A DNA stretch of 63,984 nucleotides, the filler included. It is 10 parts of 10 records of this genome, joined end to end, with 100 filler letters (N's around TTAATTAATTAA, not from the genome) between each part and the next. Parts side by side here need not be neighbours in the genome. Positions count along the whole stretch, not along the records: positions 17,398 to 24,517 come from SRR31147125_105750; positions 24,618 to 30,298 come from SRR31147125_105756; positions 30,399 to 36,021 come from SRR31147125_105816; 7 more parts are not named here. One strand, 5' to 3'. The notes under the pieces are model-generated. The model had not been told where the DNA came from. It did not search any database and saw nothing but the letters and a program-made list of their open reading frames with translations. The position numbers and the translations under genes were made by a program. Positions 20,011 to 32,335 of this stretch are shown piece by piece (the stretch's first letter is position 1; the number at the start of each line of letters is the position of its first letter).

Positions 20011-20150
20011 TCTGTTAGGTTTTTTAATTAAACATCAAAAGTATATAATTCTAAAACAAAATGAAGAAACAGACAAATATTCAGAAACTGTTTAAAGATG
20101 TTTTCACCTTTATGAAACACTTATTACACCCAATAAAAACACAATTATTT

Positions 20151-20498
20151 TTAAGAATTTGATTTACGTTTAAAAGAAAAGTCAATAAGCTTATCGAGCT
20201 GAAATAATAATAACATTGCGATGCCTATTTGTAGGAAAAAAACTATTCTTTTGGCTGAAATTCCAATGAACACCTGATCTAAATCAGCTGTAATTCTAGT
20301 AATCAGCAAGCCAAGGAAAAGCCCAACAAAAAAGAATAGCCAGGCAAAGCGGATACTATAGGAAACAGATTTATTCTTTTTCTTTTCCTCATATATCATA
20401 TCCATCATCCTATCCTCAAAATCCTGAAAAGGCATTTCTTTCATAGAATGCTTCATCAGGTTTTTTATAAGTTGATCCTCTTTGTTTAATTTATTCAT
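20151..20498 (-). CDS. Small two-TM membrane protein, probable anti-sigma factor
   Basis: Overlaps the sigma stop. N-terminal PxxDFEDRMM helix followed by two hydrophobic segments. Confidence 0.55.
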   Translation of the reverse strand: MNKLNKEDQLIKNLMKHSMKEMPFQDFEDRMMDMIYEEKKKNKSVSYSIRFAWLFFFVGLFLGLLITRITADLDQVFIGISAKRIVFFLQIGIAMLLLFQLDKLIDFSFKRKSNS

Positions 20499-21057
20499 AT
20501 CTCGCAACATTTAATTCTTTCCGTTGAATCATTTTTTTTACAACGACCAACATATTTTTTCTGGCACGGTGTAAAATCACACGAACATTGGCATTCGACC
20601 AACCAGTTTCATCAGATATTGTTTTTGTATCCTGTCCTTCCAAGTAAAACAAACGTAAAACAAGGCTTTCTTTAGCTGAAATTTCTTTAAGAGACTCATG
20701 AACAAAAACCGTTTGTTCTTCTGACGACAAGCCCATGAAATTGGATTCAACTTCATCAAACTCCTTCTCCCAAACTTCGCTTTTAAAGTCATACGTCTTT
20801 TTATCTTCTCTTAATAATTTAAAAGATTCATTAATCACAATCCGGTAAAACCAGGTTTTAAAACTTGAACGTCCTTTAAATGATTTCAGGTTTTTAAAGA
20901 CTTTGATAAATGCTTCCTGCACAACTTCCTCGGCTAAAAACTCATCTTTCACCACAGAAATAGCAACAGAAAAGGCCAGGTCTTTATAATTCTTTATAAA
21001 GTACCTAAAGCCTTCTGTATCTCCATTTACTACCTTTTTAATGTACAGGCTGTCCAT
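20491..21057 (-). CDS. ECF RNA polymerase sigma-70 factor
   Basis: AEEVVQEAFIKVF, FKGRSSFKTWFYRIVIN and NVRVILHRAR. Confidence 0.9.
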   Translation of the reverse strand: MDSLYIKKVVNGDTEGFRYFIKNYKDLAFSVAISVVKDEFLAEEVVQEAFIKVFKNLKSFKGRSSFKTWFYRIVINESFKLLREDKKTYDFKSEVWEKEFDEVESNFMGLSSEEQTVFVHESLKEISAKESLVLRLFYLEGQDTKTISDETGWSNANVRVILHRARKNMLVVVKKMIQRKELNVARYE

Positions 21058-21068
21058 TCTCTGCCCTA

Positions 21069-21434
21069 TTATTTTTTAGGCTTGTCTAAATAATGAGCAA
21101 TAACCATGGAAAGCCCACCAGAGAATAATATTACGGCAAAAATAACCATACCATCAGTACGATTAATAAAGCTTGCCCACTGTTCATCTACCATCATAAG
21201 GATAGTAACCACACTAAATCCTAAACCAATTCCGGTTAATAACATGCCCAACTTTAACCATGGAAACCTGAATCTAAATTCACGTTCTCGTTTGGCATAA
21301 ATTTCAGAAACGTCTTTATCGCGTTCAATTAATGCCATTCTTTCCTTATTTCTGGCTTGCAGAAAATAATACCATCCTAAAAATACAGCTGCAAAAAAAC
21401 CAAGCCAAGTTAGGGCTAAATCAAAATTATGCAT
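21069..21434 (-). CDS. DUF6249-like membrane protein
   Basis: ARNKERMALIER and LKLGMLLTGIGLG, with three TM segments, upstream of an ECF sigma. Confidence 0.65.
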   Translation of the reverse strand: MHNFDLALTWLGFFAAVFLGWYYFLQARNKERMALIERDKDVSEIYAKREREFRFRFPWLKLGMLLTGIGLGFSVVTILMMVDEQWASFINRTDGMVIFAVILFSGGLSMVIAHYLDKPKK

Positions 21435-21458
21435 TGTTTTCGTTTTAAAATTTAACCC

Positions 21459-21487
21459 TTAGATACAGGCTATTTGAAAATGTTACA
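21459..21487 (-). promoter_or_regulatory. Candidate ECF-sigma (autoregulatory) promoter
   Basis: TGTAAC-N16-TATCTAA, about 25 nt upstream of the DUF6249 start. Confidence 0.4.
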
Positions 21488-21657
21488 AAGAATAAAGATA
21501 AGAATGATCTTTTTCAAATAAATCAATTCTCATTATAAGCCTGTTGCACTTTAATATTAAGACCAACTGATCTTTTTATTAAGGATTGTAAAAATAATGC
21601 CAGTTAAATTTTCATTTTAAAATTATTTTGTGATATTTGCAGGAAATCATTGAGACA

Positions 21658-21729
21658 ATGACAAAATTTAATCTCATTTCTATTCTTAGTATTCTGCTCG
21701 GTATTCTACTTATTGGAAAGCACGACTGA
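21658..21729 (+). CDS. Leu/Ile-rich attenuator leader peptide (MTKFNLISILSILLGILLIGKHD)
   Basis: 23 codons with 6 Leu and 5 Ile, located directly upstream of a terminator and leuA. Confidence 0.75.
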   Translation: MTKFNLISILSILLGILLIGKHD

Positions 21730-21764
21730 GAATGGTATGGGTATAAACTATAAGAAATTTACAT

Positions 21765-21794
21765 AAAGCCATTCTCCTAGAGGATGGCTTTTTT
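21765..21794 (+). terminator. Attenuator terminator upstream of leuA
   Basis: AAAGCCATTCTC-cta-GAGGATGGCTTT followed by TTT. The 5' arm can instead pair with GAGAATGG at 21728-21735. Confidence 0.8.
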
Positions 21795-21838
21795 AATGCT
21801 AAAAATTTAAAACTAAGAATAAATAAAATCAATTCGTT

Positions 21839-23341
21839 ATGAGCGACAAATTGTACATTTTTGACACCACTTTGAGAGACGGGGAACAAGTTCCCGGTTG
21901 TCAGTTGAACACCGTTGAAAAAATTGAAGTGGCCAAAGCTTTGGAGGAATTAGGCGTCGATGTGATCGAAGCCGGCTTTCCTATTTCAAGCCCTGGTGAT
22001 TTCGATTCGGTAGTTCAAATCTCTAAAGCCGTTACTTGGCCAACCATTTGCGGTTTGACCCGCGCAGTGAAAAAAGATATTGAAGTTGCTGCTGATGCTC
22101 TAAGGTTTGCTAAAAAACCTAGAATTCACACTGGTATCGGAACTTCTTATTACCATATTCATCACAAACTCAACTCAACTCCTGACAAAATTTTGGAGCG
22201 TGCTGTTGAAGCCACAAAATATGCAAAATCTTTTGTTGAAGATGTTGAATTTTATGCTGAAGATGCTGGTCGCTCTGACAACGAATATTTGGCAAGAGTT
22301 ACTGAGGCAGTTATTAAAGCAGGTGCTACAGTAGTAAATATTCCTGATACAACCGGGTATTGCTTGCCACATGAATTTGGTGAAAAAATTAAATATTTGA
22401 TGGATAACGTACCAAATATTGATAAAGCAATTTTGGCGACTCACTGTCATAACGATTTAGGTATGGCTACGGCAAACACTATAGCTGGTGTTATGAATGG
22501 AGCTCGTCAGGCAGAAGTAACAATCAACGGTATTGGAGAACGTGCAGGAAATACTTCGTTGGAAGAAGTTGTGATGATTTTAAAAAGCCGTTATCAGGTT
22601 TTAAATATTGACACGAATATTAAAACAACCAATATTTACAGAACCAGCCGCATGGTATCTAACTTAATGAACATGCCGGTTCAACCAAACAAAGCTGTAG
22701 TTGGTCGTAATGCATTTGCTCACTCTTCAGGTATCCACCAGGATGGCGTGTTGAAAAATCGCGAGAATTATGAAATTATGGATCCTAAAGATGTTGGCAT
22801 CAACGAATCATCAATACTATTAACGGCTCGTAGTGGACGTGCAGCTTTGAAACATAGGTTGGAAATCTTAGGTTTTGAGTTGGATAAATCTCAATTAGAT
22901 GAAGTCTATGAAGAATTCTTGAAATTAGCTGATAAGAAAAAAGAAATTCGTGATGACGATATCGCGTTATTGGTTGGTGATGCAACACGTAAAGAGCGTC
23001 GTATCAAATTAGATTACCTACAGGTTTTCTCCGGAAAATCACTAAAACCAATGTCTAATGTAGTGCTTGATATAGCTGGTGAAAAATTTAACGCCACTGC
23101 TTCTGGAAATGGACCAGTCGATGCGGCAATCAATGCAGTTAAACAAATTATCCACAGACAGGTTACTATTGATGAGTTTTTAGTTCAAGCCATCAATCAT
23201 GGTAGCGACGATGTTGGTAAAGTTCATATGCAAATCGATCATGCCAACAGCATATACCATGGGTTTGGTGCTAATACTGATATTATTACTGCTTCAATTG
23301 AAGCATTTCTGGATGCAATTAATAAAATTCCAGTGCAATAA
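21839..23341 (+). CDS. leuA: 2-isopropylmalate synthase
   Basis: [35 protein letters not shown] and regulatory-domain GNGPVDA. Confidence 0.97.
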   Translation: MSDKLYIFDTTLRDGEQVPGCQLNTVEKIEVAKALEELGVDVIEAGFPISSPGDFDSVVQISKAVTWPTICGLTRAVKKDIEVAADALRFAKKPRIHTGIGTSYYHIHHKLNSTPDKILERAVEATKYAKSFVEDVEFYAEDAGRSDNEYLARVTEAVIKAGATVVNIPDTTGYCLPHEFGEKIKYLMDNVPNIDKAILATHCHNDLGMATANTIAGVMNGARQAEVTINGIGERAGNTSLEEVVMILKSRYQVLNIDTNIKTTNIYRTSRMVSNLMNMPVQPNKAVVGRNAFAHSSGIHQDGVLKNRENYEIMDPKDVGINESSILLTARSGRAALKHRLEILGFELDKSQLDEVYEEFLKLADKKKEIRDDDIALLVGDATRKERRIKLDYLQVFSGKSLKPMSNVVLDIAGEKFNATASGNGPVDAAINAVKQIIHRQVTIDEFLVQAINHGSDDVGKVHMQIDHANSIYHGFGANTDIITASIEAFLDAINKIPVQ

Positions 23342-23394
23342 GGCAAACGATTTATTCATTAGAAAAGAATTGGAAAGAAGATTTATATAAGATT

Positions 23395-24517
23395 ATGGAA
23401 GCTAAAACATTATTTGATAAGATTTGGGACTCTCATGTTGTGAAAGAAGTTGAAGGAGGTCCAAATGTATTGTATATTGACAGACACTTCATCCACGAAG
23501 TAACGAGTCCTGTTGCTTTCTTAGGATTGAAAAATCGTGGTTTAAGTGTATTTCGTCCTGATCAAACTACTGCAACACCAGATCACAATGTTCCAACAAT
23601 TAATCAGGAACTGAGTATTAAAGATGAGCTTTCACGCCATCAGGTTGAAACTTTGAAAAACAATTGTGAAAAGCATGGGATTACTCATTACGGACTCGGT
23701 TCTGATGGTCACGGTGTTGTTCATATTATTGGTCCTGAAACAGGAATGACCCAACCAGGAATGACTATCGTTTGTGGAGACAGTCATACTTCAACTCACG
23801 GTGCTTTTGGAGCAATTGCTTTTGGTATCGGAACAAGTGAGGTAGAAATGGTTTTAGCCAGTCAGTGTATTATGCAGCCAAAACCAAAAAAAATGCGTAT
23901 TACGGTTGATGGAGAATTAAAAGAAGGTGTAACTGCAAAAGATATTGTTCTGTATATTATCTCGCAAATTTCTACCAGTGGAGGTACAGGTCACTTTGTT
24001 GAATTTGCTGGTTCTGCTATTCAAGGCTTGTCCATGGAAGGAAGAATGACTGTATGTAATATGAGTATTGAATCTGGCGCTCGTGGTGGATTAATTGCTC
24101 CCGATGAAACGACCTTTGAATATGTTAAAGGTCGTGAAAAAGCCCCCAAAGGTGCTGATTGGGAAAAAGAATTAGCACATTGGAAAACTTTAAAAACTGA
24201 TGAAGGCGCAAAATTCGATACTGAATATCATTTTGATGCAGCCGACATTGAACCGATGATTACCTATGGAACAAATCCAGGAATGGGGGTTGGAATCACT
24301 CAAACAATTCCAACTGGCAGCAATCTGGAAGGAACAGATAAGTCTTCGTTCATGAAATCATTAGGTTATATGGACTATAAACCTGGTGAAGCCATGAAAG
24401 GCAAAAAGGTCGATTATGTATTCCTTGGAAGCTGTACCAATGGTCGGATTGAAGATTTTCGTGAATTTGCTGATTTTGTAAAAGGAAAACAAAAAGCTGA
24501 CAATGTAACGGTCTGGC
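23395..24517 (+). CDS. leuC: 3-isopropylmalate dehydratase large subunit (truncated)
   Basis: [30 protein letters not shown] and [12 protein letters not shown]. Confidence 0.97.
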
Positions 24518-24617
24518 NNNNNNNNNNNNNNNNNNNNNNNNNNNNNNNNNNNNNNNNNNNNTTAATTAATTAANNNNNNNNNNNNNNNNNNNNNNNNNNN
24601 NNNNNNNNNNNNNNNNN
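24518..24617. other. Artificial contig spacer
   Basis: N44-TTAATTAATTAA-N44. Confidence 0.98.
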
Positions 24618-27600
24618 TTTTCACCTGAGGATTTCTCTATCAGGTCACCATTTTGATTATGGATGTATTCAATTGTCTTTGCACTTTGTTTCTCTGTTAC
24701 TAATTGATTTGCTTCGTTATATACAAACTCTGTAGTTAAATTATTAACCTTTTTACTAAGCATATTACCAGCTTTATCATATGTAAAACTTTCTTTATAC
24801 TCACTTCCCTCTCTCATAGAAAGCAATTGATTTGCATTATCGTAAGCATACTTTCTAACCGTAGTCTGTTCGTTTTCTTCTCTTTCTTCACGGGTTATAT
24901 TACCAATTTCATCATACTGATAACTAAAAGACATAATCGTTTCATTAGGGTCTTTTGTAACAAGGTTTTTAACTTGACCTAAATCATCATATGTATATGT
25001 AGTCTCAATACCTTCTCTTGTGTTTGAAACAAGCTGTCCTATTTTATCATATTCATATTCAGCAATAATTCCGTCTTTATCTTTTACAGCAACTAGCCTA
25101 TCCATTATATCATAAGTATAAATATTCTTCTTGCCATCAGGATAAGTGATACTGCTCTTTCTGCCTTGCCAATCATAAGAATATTTTACTGTTTTGTCAT
25201 TGCTGTCGGTTGTCGAAATCAGCCTTTGCAGCTTATCGTATTGGTACGTAGTTGTTCCTGTGCTGTCTTTCATAGTAGTTACAGACCCAACTTCGTTGTA
25301 TCCATAAGATACATTGGTGCCATCCGAATAATCAACTGCTGTCATTCTTCCTGCCTTATCGTACGAATACACGCCCTTTGTTCCATCTGGTTTTATAATA
25401 GATTCTAACAAGCCATCTTTCATATAGGTGTACTGTTCTTTGTTGTCAAGCGCATCCGTTTCGGATATTAAACGACTGCTAGAATCATATGCATAGCTCG
25501 TCTTATTACCGTTGCCATCTATCATAGCTACTAGGTTATCAAGCTTGTCGTATTCATATTGGGTTACGCGCTCTAACGGGTCAATAACTTTTGTCAATCT
25601 GTTTAGCTTATCGTACTCATATTTTGTGGTATTGCCAAGTGCATCCGTTTCGGCCTCTACATTACCTAAAATATCATACTCAATTTCAACAACATTTGTA
25701 TCCTTAGCATCAATTACCTTTTCTACCATAGAAGCTACGTTGTATTCTAAGCTAGTAGTGTTGCCAAGTGCATCCGTTGTTGTAAGCATGTTGCCGTTTT
25801 TATCATACTCATATTCAGTAGCAGTACCATCTGGCATAATTTCTTTAACTAAATTATACTCATCGTCGTAAATATATGAATATATCACATTTCCAGGTTG
25901 CGTTACTTTGGTCACATTACCCACTTTGTCGTATTCATATGTTGTTGTTCTACCAAATCGATCCACTTCTTTAATCAACCTAGAAAGAGCATCGTAGTCA
26001 TAACGGTCGTAACTTCCATCCGCATATTGTACCGATGTAAGGTTGCCTAAATCATCATACAAAAACTCTGTCTTTTCTTTTTCTGCATTGGTAGAAGAAC
26101 TGACATTACCCATAGTATCATAGGTATATTTTATATACTTACCAGTATTATCGCTTTCTTTTTTTAATCTACCAAGCTCATCATATGTGTACTTTTTCTC
26201 AAAACCTTCGCTGTCAACAAGTCCAGTAACTCTGCTCATCTTATCGTATGTGTAATTCTCAAAAAATCCGTTTTCACCCACAATATCTGTTATATTGTTC
26301 ATATTATCGTATGCCATAGTAATCATTCCACTTTCGGCATCTTCAACTTTGGTGATATTACCTCGCTTATCGTATTCGTATTGGGTTTCACTGCCAACTG
26401 CATTTGTTTCCTTAATTAAGTTCGAACTAACATCGTATTGATATTCAGTCTTTCCACCAAGCGGATCAAGTTCAGATATAACTCTACCCATTTTGTCATA
26501 TTCCGTTTTGCTTACTGCTCCAATAGCATCAATTACTTTGGTTATTTGACCATTTTTATCATATTCTAATTTATTAACACCGTCGTTTGGATAAATTATC
26601 TTTTCTAGTTGACTAGTCTTATCATAGTCGTATTCTACTCTATTACCCATAGCATCAATTTCAGCTATTGTGTTGCCTACACTGTCGTATTCGTATCTTG
26701 TTTTATCGCCAAGTGCGTTTATTACAGTCGTAAGATTCCCTAGTTTATCATAGTCATAGGTCGTTTCATTGCCTTTTGCATCCGTCCCCTTAACCAACTG
26801 ACCTAAAAGATTATACTCAAAATGTGTTGTTGCACCATTTGCAAGTGTAGTCTTAATCACTCTTCCCATTTTGTCGTATTCGTAACACACTTTACTTCCA
26901 TCCGCATAGGTTACACATAAAACATTTCCATTGTCATCATACGTATATGTAGTTTTAGCACCATCAGGGTTTACCGATGCTTTAAGCCAACCTGTGTGTT
27001 TATCGTATTCTAAGTAGCTAAATGCATTATTAGCATCAAGGCTACCAATCAAATCGCCCATAGGGTTATAGTAATAATTATAGCTAATACCTTCATCTGT
27101 TTTAGTCGAAACCAAGTTGTTTTTGCTATCATAGTCATTAACTATTGTTCCGCCATCTGGCTCAACCAGCTTAACTAAATTTCCGTTTTTATCGTATTCG
27201 TACTTAATTTGTGTTCCATCAGGGTTCATTGACGAAATCAATTTTTTAAGATCATCGTATTCAAATTCAGTTTTGTTGCCCTCAGCGTCTGTCATTTTTG
27301 CTAAGTTACCAACATCATCATATTCATATTTAATCGTTGCGCCATCAGAAAGCTCAGTTTCAACAAGTTGATTCAAGTTATCGTAAGATAATCTAGTCGC
27401 ATTTCCATTAAAATCAACCGTCTTTGTCAAGTTGCCTATATCATCGTAATAGTTATACGAACTTTCGCCTTTTGCATTTATTGTTTTATAAAGGTTCGCC
27501 CCTCTGTATGTATAGCTTGTTACATTGCCCATTGCATCGGTGGTTTTAACCAACTGGTTATTATAGTTATACTCATACTTGCTAACCCCACCTTCAGAAT

Positions 27601-30298
27601 TTATTTGCTTTGTAACATTCTTATTTTTATCATATTCATAGGATGTCCAATTGCCCAAGTAATCACTTTGCGCAACCATATTATCATCAGCATCATATAT
27701 ATAACCTCTGCTTCTTCCATCATGCTGAGTTTCTTTTATAAGGTTTCCGCTTTTATCATACTCATATTTAATGGTTCTACCTGCAGCATCAGTATGCTTT
27801 GTTACTTTATCAAATTCGTTGTATTCAAAAATCTGCGCTTTGCCATCGGCATCAACAAGCTTTGTGCTTCTGCCAAGGTCATCAAAATAAAACTCATTTT
27901 TATCACCCTCAGCATTTGTTGTTACGGTATAGCCATCAAAGTATTCAAGTTTGTAATACCCATCATTACCATCCCATTGCTCAGCTACCCTATCTTTATC
28001 ATCATATATATTTTTTACCTGTCTAACACCAGCTTTATCATACCATTCAATCATACGCCCTAGATTATCGTATGTGTATTTTATAGTATTCCCAGCAGCA
28101 TCCGTAAAGCTCGTCATCGAATTATTCTTATATGTGTATTCTAATTCACTATCATCTGGCAAAACGATATTTGTAATATGGCCTTTATCATCTAGTGTAA
28201 ACTCAAGCTTTTTACCACTGTCTAGTTTAACTTCTTCTATAAGCCCTCTGTCGTCATACAAAACTTTGTCCTTATTTCCATTGCTCGAAACAATCTCTTT
28301 TAAAAGACCGCCGCTTCCAAATATGTATTTTGATCCATCTAAATTAGTAACAACATAGTTTGGCTTTTCTACAGTAAGTTCGTGTTGTTCATCATCATCA
28401 GAAATATATAGACCATTAGAGCCAAGCCTAAACATAGATAAATGTCCATCGGGCATCACCATACCCACATCGCCATTATCATATATTTTTAGATGAACAG
28501 AAAAGATCGAAGACCAACCACGCCCAAATGGTCCGTTTTTCTCATCTGTTTGGGTATTGTAAGTTCTATTGATGCTACTAATAAGCCCAGGCATATTGGT
28601 ATAATCAGCATCCAAACTTTTCATAAAAAAGTTACCAGTATTAAAGTTAATCGGCTCAAAACCAGTTGCGCATACTTGCCTTAAACCAAGCATCGATTCG
28701 TTCATTTCATCTTTACCAGCAGGTGGCTCTACATCATGATTAACCGTAAAGTCACCGCCATAAATGCTGTTTGCGCTTTCAGCCGCTTCTATTTCAGCTG
28801 GGTCGCCCCATTCTCCGTCGTTTAAGGCATTATCTTTGCCATCGCCTTTTGTAGATGTAGAATAACTCTTTGCTTTTGTTTCTTGAGGTGATACATAAGC
28901 AGATACTTTTATTTCGGCTGTTTCGCTTACCCTTTCAGATATATATGGGTCAGAAAGTCCAAAATCTTTATAAGCCTGTACTTTATAATAATACTTTGTT
29001 CCCTCAGTAACTTTTGTGTCCTCATAGTAGTTTTTGTCTATCTTTTCTGCTACTAGGTTTTCAGAACTTATTTCAAAATCAGAAGTTTTAGATTTATAAA
29101 CGTTATACTTCACTTCATCATCGTCGTTTTTATCCCAAGCTATTTTAATACAATTGCTCTTATTTCCTTCTACTTTTAGGTTCTCTGGTTTATTCATAAA
29201 TTTAACTTTTACGTTATACTTAGAAGAAATCTTAACACCACTAACATCTATTCCTTTAGCAATCGGTGTATTTGAACTTGTACCGATAAATGTAATCTGA
29301 ATAATCGCCTCTTTATTTTCTGTTCCTATAGTCATATCTTTATTTAAAGAAACTCGTTGCCAAGTAGCACCATTATCCTGCGATACAGCGTAATCCAAGC
29401 TTGTGGAAGATGGCGTAACATTTGATACATCTATCGCATATGCAATATCACTGCTTAAAAAGCTAACAGGTTTCAAAACTATATAACCGCTTGTCTTTCC
29501 CGCCTCAAGTTTAGCACCATCGCTTTCAAATACAATATTATCAGAGGCACTGACTCCTGAGTTGCTTGAAAAAGTATCTACAAAAACTATATGTCTAGAA
29601 AGTCCTTGAGAGTATTCTAAATCACCACTGGAGTTTTCTGAAACAACAGCAATACTATGTAGGCTATTTTCTTCATATAGCAATGATTGGAATCTTAGTG
29701 AATGTCCAGATGTTTCTCTCTCAAAGAGATTGCCATCAACAAACAGCTGATGCTCAGCTACTGATCCAGAAGCACCTGAGTCTCTATCATACTCAATTCT
29801 TTCCTCCATCTCATCTACAGTTTCAGATTTAGCAGGTTCTTTTATTGTAAGCGTAGGATTAATAGCAACAGAGTCCGCATCGATTTCGGCGTTGACTTCT
29901 GATACTTTTGTGTTCCCAGCCATATCAGTCGTTACAAGCTCAAATTTTATCTTATCCTCTTCATCGTAAGAAGACGTATCCAATATACCTAAAAGCTCAT
30001 TACTATAGCTGTTGCTACTTGATATAATATCGATTGTTTCAATAAGGTTTCCACCACTATCATATCTATAGGCTTTAAGCTCGGTACTTAAAAGGTTTAC
30101 ATCATTAGAGCTCCCCCAGATTTCAACCAAGCCTTTAACTAAGTCATTCTCGGAAGGATCCATTATACTATTAGTAGGGTTTATCCTATCCAGTTTTATA
30201 TCTACAGTATCTTCATGTGTATTGCCAGCATTATCAGTTGCCCTCAATGTAGCTATATAACTGCCGTCAGCAAAGCCAGATACATCCAGTTCTTTTGG
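24618..30298 (-). CDS. Large YD/RHS-repeat protein with Ig-like, Fn3 and DUF6531 regions (both ends missing)
   Basis: Open across the whole contig. Ig-like ATDNAGN/TTDMAGN, Fn3 (YNVYKS...GTKYYYKVQA), DUF6531-like EPINFNTGNF...RTYN...GPFGRGWS, then dozens of YxYDxxGN/xDAxG repeats. Confidence 0.92.
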
Positions 30299-30398
30299 NN
30301 NNNNNNNNNNNNNNNNNNNNNNNNNNNNNNNNNNNNNNNNNNTTAATTAATTAANNNNNNNNNNNNNNNNNNNNNNNNNNNNNNNNNNNNNNNNNNNN
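30299..30398. other. Artificial contig spacer
   Basis: N44-TTAATTAATTAA-N44. Confidence 0.98.
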
Positions 30399-30399
30399 C

Positions 30400-31253
30400 C
30401 CCGGATCCGACCCTGCCGGGGTGAATATTTCATTACAGACAGAAAGGCTGGAAGAGGCGGTGGTAAGAGACCCTTTCTTAAAAGGGCCGTCTACCCTGTT
30501 CCCCCCGCCGACGGCAGTGGTCTGGGGGTCCATCTGACCCCGACGGTCAACGGTAACATCCTCATCGGTCCTTCGGCGGAGTATATTCCGGAACCCGGTG
30601 CATTGGAGAATACGAAGGAGACCATGGCCCTTCTGAAGGCGGAAGCAGCGGCCCTCCTTCCCGGGCTGGAGGCCTATGACCTGATAAAAAGCTATAGCGG
30701 CAACCGGGCTAAACTTTTCGGACCGGGCGACGGTGTCAGCTTCGCCGATTTTCATATTGCCGAGGCCGCCGAGGTTCCGGGGCTGATAAATCTGGTGGGT
30801 ATAGAGTCTCCGGGGCTGACAGCCTCACCGGCGGTGGCCCGCCATGTCCGGGAAATGATCGGAGGGAAGGTGAGGCTTAAACAGAAGACATCGTTTCATC
30901 CCCGGTGGCGGGGCGCCGTGAGGCTTGAAAGGATGAACCCTGAAGCGAGGGCGGCCCTGGCGGAGGAAAAACCGGATTACGGGGAGATTGTCTGCCGTTG
31001 TGAAGGGGTCAGCCGGGGAGAGATTCTGATGGCTCTGGAGAATCCTCTGGGGGTAAAAACCCTGAATGGGGTAAAGAAACGGACCCACGCCATGATGGGG
31101 CGCTGTCAGAGCGGATTCTGCCTTCCCCGGATACTCTCTATTCTGATGGAAGAGGGTCTTGAGCCCCGGGGGCTGGTCAAGGACGGGCCGGGGGGCGAAA
31201 TACTTGCGGGTTGGCGGGAAGAGGTCGGCGGAACCGGGGAGGGTTTACAATGA
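30400..31253 (+). CDS. FAD-dependent oxidoreductase (GlpA/LhgO-like) with C-terminal BFD-like [2Fe-2S] domain, 5' truncated
   Basis: Frame is open from the contig edge (PCRGEYF, GLGVHLTPTVNGNILIGP). Has GIESPGLTASPA and IVCRCE...MGRCQSGFC. Confidence 0.88.
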
Positions 31254-32335
31254 ATGTTTTTCCGGAACGCCTGGAGGCTGTCATCATCGGCGCCGGACCC
31301 GCAGGGATGGGGGCCGCCGTGGAGCTCTACGATTCAGGGATCCGCAATCTGGCTGTTTTTGAAAGAAATCACTGGATCGGCGGTGTCCTCCCTCAGTGCA
31401 TCCACACTGGATTCGGGCTGGATATCTTCGGAGAAGAGCTGACCGGGCCCCAGTTTGCCCGGAAGATAGGGGCGGAGGCGGAAAAACGCGCCATCCCCGT
31501 CTTCACCGGAGCCATGGTTACCAGCGTCGAAGCGGGGCGGATATGGGTCTCTTCCCGGGAGTTCGGTCTCAGGAAGATTGATGTCCCCGGAATCATACTT
31601 GCCGCTGGATGCCGGGAGAGAACCCGGGAAAATCTTGAAATCCCGGGGACCCGTCCAGCGGGTATCTTTTCGGCCGGCCAGGCCCAGACCCTGATCAACC
31701 TGAACAATCTTAAGCCGGGGCGGAAGGTCGTTATTCAGGGATCCGGAGATATCGGTCTGATTATGGCTCGACGGCTGCGGATTGAAGGGGCGGATGTAAC
31801 AGGCGTCTATGAACGTCTTCCCTGGTTAAGCGGCCTTATCCGCAACAAGGTCCAGTGTCTCGATTATTTTGATATCCCCCTCCATTTTTCCCGGCAGATT
31901 ACCAGGATTATTGGACGGTGGAGGGTCGAGGCGGTGGAGATCTCCCGGCTCGAGGCGGGGGTTCCTGTGGCGGGTACGGAAGAATCAGTGCCCTGTGATA
32001 CTGTTCTCTTCTCGGTCGGCTTGATTCCGGAACTGGAGCTGGCTGACGGTGCCGGAGCCGGCCGGAGGGACCGCATCTTTCCGGAGACAACGAAGGATTT
32101 TCAGACTGGTGTAGACGGACTTTTTGTCTGCGGCAACAGCCTACATATCAACGACCTGGCCGACAGTGCCTGGCTGGAAGGCCGGAGCTGCGGGAAAGCC
32201 TGTTCCGAATATCTGAAATTGACAGGAAAGAGTTTTTTCTCCCTGGACTGCCTTTCAGAGAACCGGAGACGGAGACCCGATACACCGAGGCATTCTTTAA
32301 GGAGCTTGAAGCTTCCGACGGAATGGTCTGTATAG
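31250..32335 (+). CDS. Pyridine nucleotide-disulfide family NAD(P)/FAD oxidoreductase
   Basis: GAGPAG, GGVLPQCIHTGFG, ELTGP, GCRERTR, GSGDIGLIMARR and CDTVLFSVGLIPE. ATG 31250 overlaps the upstream stop. Confidence 0.88.
   Translation: MNVFPERLEAVIIGAGPAGMGAAVELYDSGIRNLAVFERNHWIGGVLPQCIHTGFGLDIFGEELTGPQFARKIGAEAEKRAIPVFTGAMVTSVEAGRIWVSSREFGLRKIDVPGIILAAGCRERTRENLEIPGTRPAGIFSAGQAQTLINLNNLKPGRKVVIQGSGDIGLIMARRLRIEGADVTGVYERLPWLSGLIRNKVQCLDYFDIPLHFSRQITRIIGRWRVEAVEISRLEAGVPVAGTEESVPCDTVLFSVGLIPELELADGAGAGRRDRIFPETTKDFQTGVDGLFVCGNSLHINDLADSAWLEGRSCGKACSEYLKLTGKSFFSLDCLSENRRRRPDTPRHSLRSLKLPTEWSV

Noticed and set aside
24618..28400. Periodic nucleotide repeats (e.g. TTGCCAAGTGCATCCGTT twice) suggesting a CRISPR array or DGR repeats
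   Set aside because: Explained by YD-repeat coding (DALGNTT). There is no constant repeat-spacer pattern and no reverse transcriptase.
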